Assembly (NCBI GenBank): GCA_041496385.1
Contig: JBGQEL010000087.1
Coordinates: 1 to 18,102 of the forward strand
From: Candidatus Methylomirabilia bacterium
Lineage (GTDB): Bacteria > Methylomirabilota > Methylomirabilia > Rokubacteriales > CSP1-6
Direction of reading: 5' to 3'
DNA: 18,102 nucleotides
Shown here: in pieces, positions 11,153 through 18,102 of the stretch
How positions within the stretch are numbered: position 1 is the first letter of the stretch
How the letters are laid out: each line of letters opens with the position of its first letter
Notes under the pieces: model-generated
Told to the model about the DNA's origin: nothing
What the model saw: the letters and a program-made list of their open reading frames with translations, nothing else
Database searches by the model: none
Program-made: the position numbers and the translations under genes

Positions 11153-12100
11153 TCAACCGCGCCTGAGCCGCGGGAGCAGGCGCGACGCCGCCTCGTCCAC
11201 CTGGGCGAGCTGGTCGCCGCCGGCGAAGCGCAGCATGAGGTGGCGCGCGCCCGCGTCGATCCAGCGCTGGAGCCACGCCGCGCAGCCCTCGATGGGTCCG
11301 GCGTAGCAGGCCTGGCGGGCCAGGAGCGCCTTCGCGGGCGCCGCGTAATACGACTCGAGGAAGCCGTGGAGCCGCCGCTCGGCCGCCGCCCCGTCGGGAT
11401 CGAGCGCGAGGGTGACGTACGCCGCGCCCGTCACGGCGTCCGCGGCGCGGCCCGCCGCGCGGGCGGCCGCCAGCACGCGCGGGAAGTGCTCGGCGAAGAA
11501 CTCGACGTTCGGGCCGGTGGGGAACCAGGCGTCGAAGCGCGCGGCCTCGCGCAGCGCCGTCGGGCCGCTGCCGCCGATCCAGATGGGCGGGCCGCCGGGC
11601 CGGTGCGGTTTCGGCTCCATCGTGACGTCCTGGAGCGTGAAGTGCTTGCCGCTGAAGCTCACGCCGTCCCGGCTCCAGAGCGCGCGACAGATCTCGAGCA
11701 TCTCGAGAAAGCGCCCGACGCGGCGCTCGAACGGCACGCCGGCGGCCGCGAACTCCCGGCGGATCGCCGGCGTGTCGGCGGCGATGCCCACGCCCAGGAT
11801 CACCCGCCCCTCGGCGACGCGGTCGAGCGTTCCGACCACGTGGGCGAGCACGACCGGGTTGCGCAGCGCGGGGAGCAGGACCGCGGTCCCGACACGCACG
11901 CGCCGCGTGCGCGCGGCGACGGCGGCCAGGAGCGTGAGCGGCTCGTGGCGCGGCCGCGCGGTCAGCGAGTCGCCGATCCAGACGGAGTCGAAGCCCGCGG
12001 CCTCCGCGCGCTCGGCCATGGCGAGCATGGGCGCGGTCTCCGGCCGGCCGGACATGACGGCCTCGCGCGTGGGGAGCAGGACACCCAGTTCGACGGTCAT
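11153..12100 (-). CDS. LLM-class flavin-dependent oxidoreductase (luciferase-like; possibly F420-dependent)
   Basis: The start is reassigned to ATG 12100 (MTVELGVLLPTRE), which has an ATGA overlap with the upstream LLM stop and SD GGGAGG, giving 315 aa. Motifs include AEAAGFDSVWIGDS, AARTRRVRVGTAVL, GRVILGVG and PPIWIGGSG. Confidence 0.92.
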   Translation of the reverse strand: MTVELGVLLPTREAVMSGRPETAPMLAMAERAEAAGFDSVWIGDSLTARPRHEPLTLLAAVAARTRRVRVGTAVLLPALRNPVVLAHVVGTLDRVAEGRVILGVGIAADTPAIRREFAAAGVPFERRVGRFLEMLEICRALWSRDGVSFSGKHFTLQDVTMEPKPHRPGGPPIWIGGSGPTALREAARFDAWFPTGPNVEFFAEHFPRVLAAARAAGRAADAVTGAAYVTLALDPDGAAAERRLHGFLESYYAAPAKALLARQACYAGPIEGCAAWLQRWIDAGARHLMLRFAGGDQLAQVDEAASRLLPRLRRG

Positions 12101-13122
12101 CGCGATCCTCCCAGCGCCGCCCGGACCTCGGGTAGCACCTTGCGCCCGAGCAGCTCGATGCCGGCCAGAATATCCGGCTGCGGCATCCCCGGCCAGCTCA
12201 CGCGCATGGTGACGTGGGTCACGCCGGCCCGCTGCTGGCGAAGCAGGGCGTCGACCACCTGCGCGGGCGAGCCGACGGCGAACCGGTTCGCGGCCAGGCG
12301 CCGCAGCTGCTCCTCCGGCGGCGCGGCGGGGTCGATGCTGACGCCGGCGAGCCCCCACGACAGATACGCCGAGTATTTCTCCAGCAGGAACGGCGCCGCG
12401 CGGCGGATCGCCGTGGCCTCGTCCGGCGCGCAGACCACCTCGAGCAGCCGGCAGATCTGCGCGTGGGGCGGCAGGCCGGCGGCGGACCGCGCCGCGACGA
12501 ACGCGGACGCCTGCGCCGCGAATTCGTCGACGGTCGGGATCGGCACCACCAGCCAGCCGTCGGCGATCCGCGCCGCCCGCGCGATGCCGGCCGGCACCTG
12601 CGAGCCGACCAGGATGGGCGGGCGCGGTCGCTGCAGGGGCCGCGGCCGGATGCTCACGTCGTCGAGCTGCCAGTGGCGCCCGCGATGCGTGACCCGATCC
12701 TCCGTCCACAGCCGGCGGATGATCTCGACGCCCTCGGTGAGCCGGCTCACGCGCTCGCGCATCGGCACGCCGAAGACGGCGAACTCCTCCGCGCGGTAGC
12801 CGAGCCCGACGCCGAGCATGAATCGCCCGCCGGTGATCACGTCCAGGAACGCGCCGACCTCGGCCAGCTCGACGGGATTATGCAGCGGCAGCAGGACGAG
12901 GTTCGTGCCGAGCCACAGCCCGTCGGCCTCCGCGGCCAGGCGCTGCAGCAGCGGCAGGAGCGGGAAGTAGTGGAAGCCCGGGGTGACGTGGTGCTCGCCG
13001 CCCCAGATCGAGTCGAATCCCAGCGCGCGGACGAGGCGCGCCTGCTCCAGCGTCTCCGCGAAGCGGCGGGCCGGGTCGTCGCCCGCCGGGTGCTGCGCGT
13101 TCAGGTAGATCCCGAGCTTCAT
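12097..13122 (-). CDS. LLM-class flavin-dependent oxidoreductase (luciferase-like monooxygenase)
   Basis: 341 aa with motifs GFDSIWGGEHH, LLPLHNPVELAE, GRFMLGVGLGYRAEEF and PLQRPRPPILVG. Confidence 0.93.
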   Translation of the reverse strand: MKLGIYLNAQHPAGDDPARRFAETLEQARLVRALGFDSIWGGEHHVTPGFHYFPLLPLLQRLAAEADGLWLGTNLVLLPLHNPVELAEVGAFLDVITGGRFMLGVGLGYRAEEFAVFGVPMRERVSRLTEGVEIIRRLWTEDRVTHRGRHWQLDDVSIRPRPLQRPRPPILVGSQVPAGIARAARIADGWLVVPIPTVDEFAAQASAFVAARSAAGLPPHAQICRLLEVVCAPDEATAIRRAAPFLLEKYSAYLSWGLAGVSIDPAAPPEEQLRRLAANRFAVGSPAQVVDALLRQQRAGVTHVTMRVSWPGMPQPDILAGIELLGRKVLPEVRAALGGSR

Positions 13123-13138
13123 CGGGTCCCTCGGCCCG

Positions 13139-14437
13139 TCAGCGCATCAGGCTCGGCAGCCAGAGCGAGAGCCAGGGGAAGGCGACCAGGATGGCCAGGC
13201 GGATCACGTCGGCCCACATGAACGGCAGCACGCCGCTGAAGACGGTGCCCGTGCTCACCTGGGGAAGCAGCGTCTTGAGCACGAACATGTTCATGCCGAC
13301 CGGCGGGCTGATCAGCCCGATCTCCACCACGCAGACGATGATGATGCCGAACCAGACGGGGTCGAATCCCAGGTGCACGATCACCGGGAAGAACACCGGG
13401 ATCGTGAGCAGGATCATCGACAGCTCCTCCATCGCGGTACCGAGAACCACGTAGATCGCGCAGATCGCCGCCACGACCATGGTGGGGCTCAGGTTGAAGC
13501 GCGTCACGAAGGCCTTGAGGTCGGCGGGCATCGTCGTGATGTTGACGAACTCCGCGAAGATCAGCGCGCCGATCAGGATCATGAAGAGCATGGAGGTCGT
13601 GCGGGCGCTCTCGAGCAGGGCCTCGAAGAACGTCCGCCGCGTGAGCGCGCGCCGCGACAGCGCGAAGATCATGGCCCCGAAGGCGCCCATGGCGGCGCCC
13701 TCGGTGGCGGTGAAGAGGCCGCCGTAGATGCCGCCCATCACGAAGAGGAAGAGTCCCGCCACCGCCCACACGTCCCGGAGGGCCCGCAGGCGCTCGCGCC
13801 AGCTCGAGCGCTCGCCCGGCGGGCCGCACGCCGGATCGCGCCAGGTCATGTACTGCACCGCGCCGCAAAGGAGAATGGCGCCGACGATGCCGGGGATGAC
13901 CCCGGCGGCGAAGAGCTTGCCGATGTTGGTCTCGGTGAAGATGCCGTAGATGACCATGATGGTCGAGGGCGGGATCATGATGCCCAGCGTGCCGCCGCCG
14001 GCGACGACGCCCGCGGCGAGCCGGTCGGAGTAGCCGAAGCGCTTCATCGATGGGTAGGCCACCTTGGCGAACGTGGCGGCGGTGGCGATCGACGAGCCGC
14101 AGATCCCGCCGAAGCCGGCGGACGCCCAGACGGTGGCCATCGCCAGCCCGCCGCGCAGGTGGCCGATGAAGGTGTAGGCGGTCCGGAACAGCTCCTGCGA
14201 CATGCCCGCGCGCGTCACGAAGTTGCCCATGAGGATGAACAGCGGCACGACCGACAGCGTGTAGTTGCGCCCGGTCTCGTACAGCTTGGTCTGGGCGATG
14301 GCGAACGCCACCGTCCAGTTCCAGTCGCGCATGTAGGCGTAGCCGACCATGCCGACGATGGCCATGGCGAACGCGATGGGCACGCGCAGGCAGCAGATCA
14401 GCATCATCAGGGTGAGGCCGACGAGCCCCTCGATCAC
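13139..14437 (-). CDS. dctM: TRAP transporter large permease
   Basis: 432 aa, highly hydrophobic, with motifs VPLFILMGNF, GHLRGGLA, GGTLGIMIPPS, GGIYGGLFTATEGAA and EIGLISPPVGMN. The GTG start overlaps the dctQ stop. Confidence 0.96.
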   Translation of the reverse strand: MIEGLVGLTLMMLICCLRVPIAFAMAIVGMVGYAYMRDWNWTVAFAIAQTKLYETGRNYTLSVVPLFILMGNFVTRAGMSQELFRTAYTFIGHLRGGLAMATVWASAGFGGICGSSIATAATFAKVAYPSMKRFGYSDRLAAGVVAGGGTLGIMIPPSTIMVIYGIFTETNIGKLFAAGVIPGIVGAILLCGAVQYMTWRDPACGPPGERSSWRERLRALRDVWAVAGLFLFVMGGIYGGLFTATEGAAMGAFGAMIFALSRRALTRRTFFEALLESARTTSMLFMILIGALIFAEFVNITTMPADLKAFVTRFNLSPTMVVAAICAIYVVLGTAMEELSMILLTIPVFFPVIVHLGFDPVWFGIIIVCVVEIGLISPPVGMNMFVLKTLLPQVSTGTVFSGVLPFMWADVIRLAILVAFPWLSLWLPSLMR

Positions 14438-14907
14438 CGGCGCTCCACCACCTTGTAGAGGTGGATCACGCCCGCGAGCGCGAGCGTGCCCGCCATGAAG
14501 TAGACGAAGGGCCCGTACACGATACGCAGCACGTCGGTGGCGTCGCGGTAGGCCCAGATCCGATCGGCCTTGAGCCAGACGAGCCAGGCGAGCAGCAGCA
14601 TGAACGCCGCGTTCGCCGCCTGCACGGTGCGCTCGAGCCCGCGCTGCCCGCGCCGGCCGAGCAGGCGGTCGATGAAGTCCATGACCGCGTGCTCCTCGGT
14701 GAACGACACGAGCGGCAGGCCGGCGAAGATCAGGACGAGCAGCATCAGCTCCGTCACCTCGAAGGCGCCGCGCAGCGGGCGGCTGAAGACGTAGCGCGCG
14801 ATCACGTCCACGACGGTGATCAGCATCATGGCGAGGAGGATCGCGGAGGCGGTCGCGCCGAGGAGGACGTCGGCGCGCCGCTTCCGGCGCTGCTCGGAAT
14901 CGGTCAC
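14434..14907 (-). CDS. dctQ: TRAP transporter small permease
   Basis: 157 aa with about 4 hydrophobic segments and motifs DVIARYVFSRPLRGAFEVTE and EHAVMDFI. It sits between dctP and dctM with GTGA overlaps at both ends. Confidence 0.94.
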   Translation of the reverse strand: MTDSEQRRKRRADVLLGATASAILLAMMLITVVDVIARYVFSRPLRGAFEVTELMLLVLIFAGLPLVSFTEEHAVMDFIDRLLGRRGQRGLERTVQAANAAFMLLLAWLVWLKADRIWAYRDATDVLRIVYGPFVYFMAGTLALAGVIHLYKVVERR

Positions 14908-15932
14908 TTGCCGGCGGCGACCTTCTTCAGCTCGTCGTGGAACTCGGCGAGGACCTTGACGGCATCCACGCCCTTGGCCTTGGCCTTCGTGATCCAGTCC
15001 TCGATGATCGGGGCCGAGCGCTTGCGGACCTCGGCCACGAACTCGCTGTTGGCGTTGACGATCTTGACGCCCGACTTCTTGAGCGCGTCCATGCCCTTCC
15101 GGTCCGCCTCGTCCCAGGAGGCGCCGGCCAGCCGCGCGAGGTGCTCACCGGAGATCTTCTCGATCGCCTCCTGGTCCTGCTTGGGGAGCTTGTTCCACTT
15201 GTCCTCGTTCATGAAGAAGCCGAAGGCCGAGCTGTACATGCCGCCCGGGAACAGCGTGGCCTGCTCGAGCACGGTGTCGAGCTTGAAGGAGATGATCGAC
15301 TCCAGCGGGAAGAAGACGCCGTCGGCGACGCCGGAGCTGAGCAGCTCGTAGGACTCGGGCGCCGGCTTCACGAACGCGGAGGCGCCGAGCGCCTTGGCCA
15401 CCGCCTCGGCCACGCCGCCGCCGGTGCGGATCTTCAGGCCCTGCACGTCCGCGATCGACGCCACCGGCTTCTTCGTGAACATCTGGCCGGGGCCATGCGT
15501 GAACACGCCGAGGAGCTTCACGCCCTTGTACTCGCCGACCTTGTGGAAGTGCTTCCAGTAGATGCGCGAATAGGCGACGGAGTTGGCGAGCGCGGTGTCG
15601 CCGCCGCCCGGCAGCTCGGGCATGAGGGGCAGGATGTGCCGCGCCGGCGTGTAGCTCGCGGTGACGTACGAGAGATCGACGAGCCCGTCCCGCACCGCGT
15701 CGAAGGTGCCGGGCGGCGCCGAGGGGTGCTTCGGGAGCATCTGGAACTTGACGCGGCCGTTGGTCGCCTTCTCGACCTCGGTCGCCCAGCCCTGCAGCAC
15801 GACGCTCGTCAGGTGGTGCTGGGGCGACACCCACGACGACATCGTGAGCGTGGTCTGCGCGCGCGCGGGCTGGGCTGCGGCGATGACGCCCGCGGCCAGC
15901 GCCGCGAGCGCGAGTGTCCTCGGATTCGGCAT
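14904..15932 (-). CDS. dctP: TRAP transporter substrate-binding protein (DctP family)
   Basis: The start is reassigned to ATG 15932 (SD GGGAGGA; MPNPRTLALAALAAGVIAAAQPARA signal), giving 342 aa. Motifs include VEKATNGRV, DAVRDGLVD, GLKIRTGG (conserved carboxylate-binding Arg), YELLSSGVADG and MNEDKWNKLP. Confidence 0.95.
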   Translation of the reverse strand: MPNPRTLALAALAAGVIAAAQPARAQTTLTMSSWVSPQHHLTSVVLQGWATEVEKATNGRVKFQMLPKHPSAPPGTFDAVRDGLVDLSYVTASYTPARHILPLMPELPGGGDTALANSVAYSRIYWKHFHKVGEYKGVKLLGVFTHGPGQMFTKKPVASIADVQGLKIRTGGGVAEAVAKALGASAFVKPAPESYELLSSGVADGVFFPLESIISFKLDTVLEQATLFPGGMYSSAFGFFMNEDKWNKLPKQDQEAIEKISGEHLARLAGASWDEADRKGMDALKKSGVKIVNANSEFVAEVRKRSAPIIEDWITKAKAKGVDAVKVLAEFHDELKKVAAGK

Positions 15933-15975
15933 GATGTCCTCCCGGTGTGCGGATGGCGGTGCGCTGCCTCGGGGT

Positions 15976-16003
15976 AGTCTATCAGGTCCACCCATGATAG
16001 AAG
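15976..16003. promoter_or_regulatory. Divergent promoter region with a 7-bp inverted repeat; extended -10 (TGaTAGACT) on the minus strand toward dctP
   Basis: TCTATCA (15978-15984), 10 nt, TGATAGA (15995-16001). The minus strand 15984-15976 reads TGATAGACT. Confidence 0.55.
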
Positions 16004-16035
16004 GAGGCCGTCACTCCATCCCGTGAGGAGGAGCC

Positions 16036-17583
16036 ATGAGCCGGAAGCGTCGCCTCGCGCTGGGACTCGTATTGTTCGTCTCCGTCGCCCTCGTCGTGGG
16101 CTCGCCCGGACGCGCGGCGGCCCAGGCCAAGCCCGAAGGCGAGATGCGCTGGGCGCTCTACGTCTCGCTCGTCCCCGCGTGGTTCGACCCGGCCGAGGTC
16201 GCCGGCGTCCTCACGCCCTTCTGGGTGCTCTACGCGATGCACGATGCGCTCGTGAAGCCGATGCCCGGGAACCTGCTGGCGCCGAGCCTCGCCGAGTTCT
16301 GGACGGTCAGCCCCGACCAGCGCACCTACGAGTTCAAGCTGCGCGAGGGCCTCAAGTTCCACAACGGCGACCCCTTCACCGCCGAGGACGTGAAGTTCAG
16401 CTTCCACCGTGCCAAGGGCGCCAAGATCCTCCAGGAAAAAGTCCGCGAGGTCGCCATCGTCAGCCCCTATCGAATCCGGTTCCACCTGCACGAGCCCTTC
16501 CCGGACTTCATGACCTTCTACGGAACGCTCGCGACGTCGGCCGCCTGGATCGCGCCCAAGAAGTACATGGAGCGGGTCGGAGTCGACGGCTTCAAGAAGC
16601 AGCCCGTGGGCCTCGGCCCCTACAAGTTCGTGAGCCACACGCCGGGCGTCGAGCTGGTGATGGAGGCCTTCGAGGGCTACTGGCGCAAGATGCCCTCGGT
16701 CAAGCGGCTCGTCTACAAGAGCGTGCCCGAGGCCGCGACGCGCCTGGCCATGCTCAAGCGCGGCGAGGTCGACGTGGCCTACCTGCTGGACGGGCCGATG
16801 GCGGAAGAGGTCAAGCGCGACCCGAGCCTCAAGCTGGCGTTCTCCGGCGCGATCGGGACGTTCTATCTCGATTTCCTCGAGCAGTGGGATCCCAAATCGC
16901 CCTGGCACGATCGGCGCGTGCGGCTGGCCGCCAGCCTCGCCATCGATCGGCGAACGCTGAACCAGGCCGAGACGCTGGGCGCCTCGCGGCTGAACGGAAA
17001 CGTCATCCCGCGCTCGTTCGAGTTCGCGATCCCGATCGAGCCCCATCCCTACGACCCGGCGCGGGCTAGGCAGCTGCTCGCCGAGGCGGGATATCCCAAC
17101 GGCTTCGATGCGGGCGACGTGCATCCCTGGCCGCCGTACCTGTCCATGGGCGAGGCGGTCGCCAACTACTTCGGCGCCGTTGGGATCAAGTCCCGGGTGC
17201 GGATCCTGGAGCGCGCCGCCTTCTACTCGACGCTCGCCTCGAAGAAGCTCAAGGGCGTGTGCGTCTGCATCAACGCCGTCTACGGCAACGCGCCGTCGCG
17301 CATGGCCCAGACCGTGCCCGCCGAGGGCGTGTTCGCGTACGGCGCCTACCCCGACATCGAGGCGCTCTACCGGCAGCAGGCCAACGAGACCGACCGCCGC
17401 AAGCGCGAGGCGCAGCTCGCCCAGATCCAGCAGCTCCTGCACGAGCGGGTGCGCTTCGCCGGCATCTACGACTTCATCTGGCCCAGCGGCATCGGGCCGC
17501 GGGTCGAGGAGCCCGCCCTGATGCTCATCGATCCGTACCCCTGGTCGGCGCCGCTGGAGGACGTGCGGCTGAAGAAGCGCTGA
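16036..17583 (+). CDS. ABC transporter solute-binding protein, family 5 (paralog of 6810..8339)
   Basis: 515 aa with a signal peptide and SD GAGGAGGAG. Motifs include HDALVKPMP, PSLAEFW, FHNGDPFTAEDVKFSF, PVGLGPYKF and LLAEAGYPNGFDAG. Confidence 0.95.
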   Translation: MSRKRRLALGLVLFVSVALVVGSPGRAAAQAKPEGEMRWALYVSLVPAWFDPAEVAGVLTPFWVLYAMHDALVKPMPGNLLAPSLAEFWTVSPDQRTYEFKLREGLKFHNGDPFTAEDVKFSFHRAKGAKILQEKVREVAIVSPYRIRFHLHEPFPDFMTFYGTLATSAAWIAPKKYMERVGVDGFKKQPVGLGPYKFVSHTPGVELVMEAFEGYWRKMPSVKRLVYKSVPEAATRLAMLKRGEVDVAYLLDGPMAEEVKRDPSLKLAFSGAIGTFYLDFLEQWDPKSPWHDRRVRLAASLAIDRRTLNQAETLGASRLNGNVIPRSFEFAIPIEPHPYDPARARQLLAEAGYPNGFDAGDVHPWPPYLSMGEAVANYFGAVGIKSRVRILERAAFYSTLASKKLKGVCVCINAVYGNAPSRMAQTVPAEGVFAYGAYPDIEALYRQQANETDRRKREAQLAQIQQLLHERVRFAGIYDFIWPSGIGPRVEEPALMLIDPYPWSAPLEDVRLKKR

Positions 17584-17593
17584 CCCGCCGCCA

Positions 17594-18102
17594 TTGCTTC
17601 GCGTGGCCTTCGCCGGAACCTTCTCCGCCACCCTCGAGCACCCGGTGCGCGCGCACCTCGGCGTGCCCTGCGACGTCCTTGTGGCCGACGAGACCGAGAT
17701 CGTCGCCCGGATGGCGGACGTCGACGTGCTGGTCAGCCTGGCGTTCACCCGTGAGATGGGCGCCGCGGCCCGGCGGCTGAAGCTGGTCCAGGTGCCCGGC
17801 GCCGGTCTCGATCGCATCGACCGCGCGGCGCTCCCGGCGGGGGCCCAGCTCGCGAACGTCTACGGTCACGAGGTCGGCATCGCCGAGTACGCGCTCGGGG
17901 CGATGCTGGCGCTCACGCGCGGCTTCGCGCGCATCGACGCCGCCCTGCGCCGCGGCGTCTGGGAGAGCCAGTGGGCGGTCGGCGTGCCGCCGCCCGTGCC
18001 GTGGCCCGAGCTGGCGGGCAAGACGCTCGGCATCCTCGGCTACGGGCGGATCGGCCAGTGCCTGGCCCGGCGCGCCCGTGCGTTCGACATGGAGGTGTGC
18101 GC
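17594..18102 (+). CDS. D-isomer-specific 2-hydroxyacid dehydrogenase family protein (partial, runs off the right edge)
   Basis: Manual translation from TTG 17594 (the first start after the in-frame TGA at 17570) gives MLRVAFAGTFS...RLKLVQVPGAGLDRID...ANVYGHEVGIAEYALGAMLALTR...ELAGKTLGILGYGRIGQCLARRARAFDMEV, including the Rossmann GxGxxG motif. Not in the ORF track. The exact start is uncertain because there is no clear SD. Confidence 0.9.
   Translation, partial: MLRVAFAGTFSATLEHPVRAHLGVPCDVLVADETEIVARMADVDVLVSLAFTREMGAAARRLKLVQVPGAGLDRIDRAALPAGAQLANVYGHEVGIAEYALGAMLALTRGFARIDAALRRGVWESQWAVGVPPPVPWPELAGKTLGILGYGRIGQCLARRARAFDMEVC

Noticed and set aside
12101..12709. N-terminal extension of the 518-aa ORF 11153..12709
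   Set aside because: It overlaps the upstream LLM gene out of frame. The true start is ATG 12100, which has an SD and an ATGA overlap.

Overview
A very GC-rich bacterial window with two parts. (1) About 1-6722 is a metal-resistance module. It starts with the 5' part of a MerR-family regulator on the minus strand (<1-161, not in the ORF track), behind a long-spacer (20 bp) MerR-type promoter that appears to give a leaderless mRNA. Divergent from it is a small exported-type ORF (signal peptide, CxxC-x4-C, C-terminal PPP) resembling DUF2946/CutF/CruR copper-responsive leader ORFs, whose PPP codons are complementary to the downstream Shine-Dalgarno (SD). This is followed by an HME-RND efflux operon in an unusual order: cusA-like RND, a Met-rich YtkA/FixH-like periplasmic protein, a TolC-family outer membrane factor and a periplasmic adaptor. 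(2) About 6740-18102 is an organic-solute uptake/catabolism region: three family-5 ABC solute-binding proteins with no permease or ATPase in the window, an amidohydrolase-2, a minus-strand TRAP (dctPQM) operon ending in two luciferase-like monooxygenase-family genes, and a truncated D-2-hydroxyacid dehydrogenase (17594->18102, not in the ORF track). The gene content is reminiscent of Candidatus Rokubacteria (inference only). The strongest candidate for an undescribed system is the leader-ORF-gated, YtkA-assisted Cus-type efflux pump next to a self-directed MerR promoter. Family assignments come from motif recognition, not database searches.
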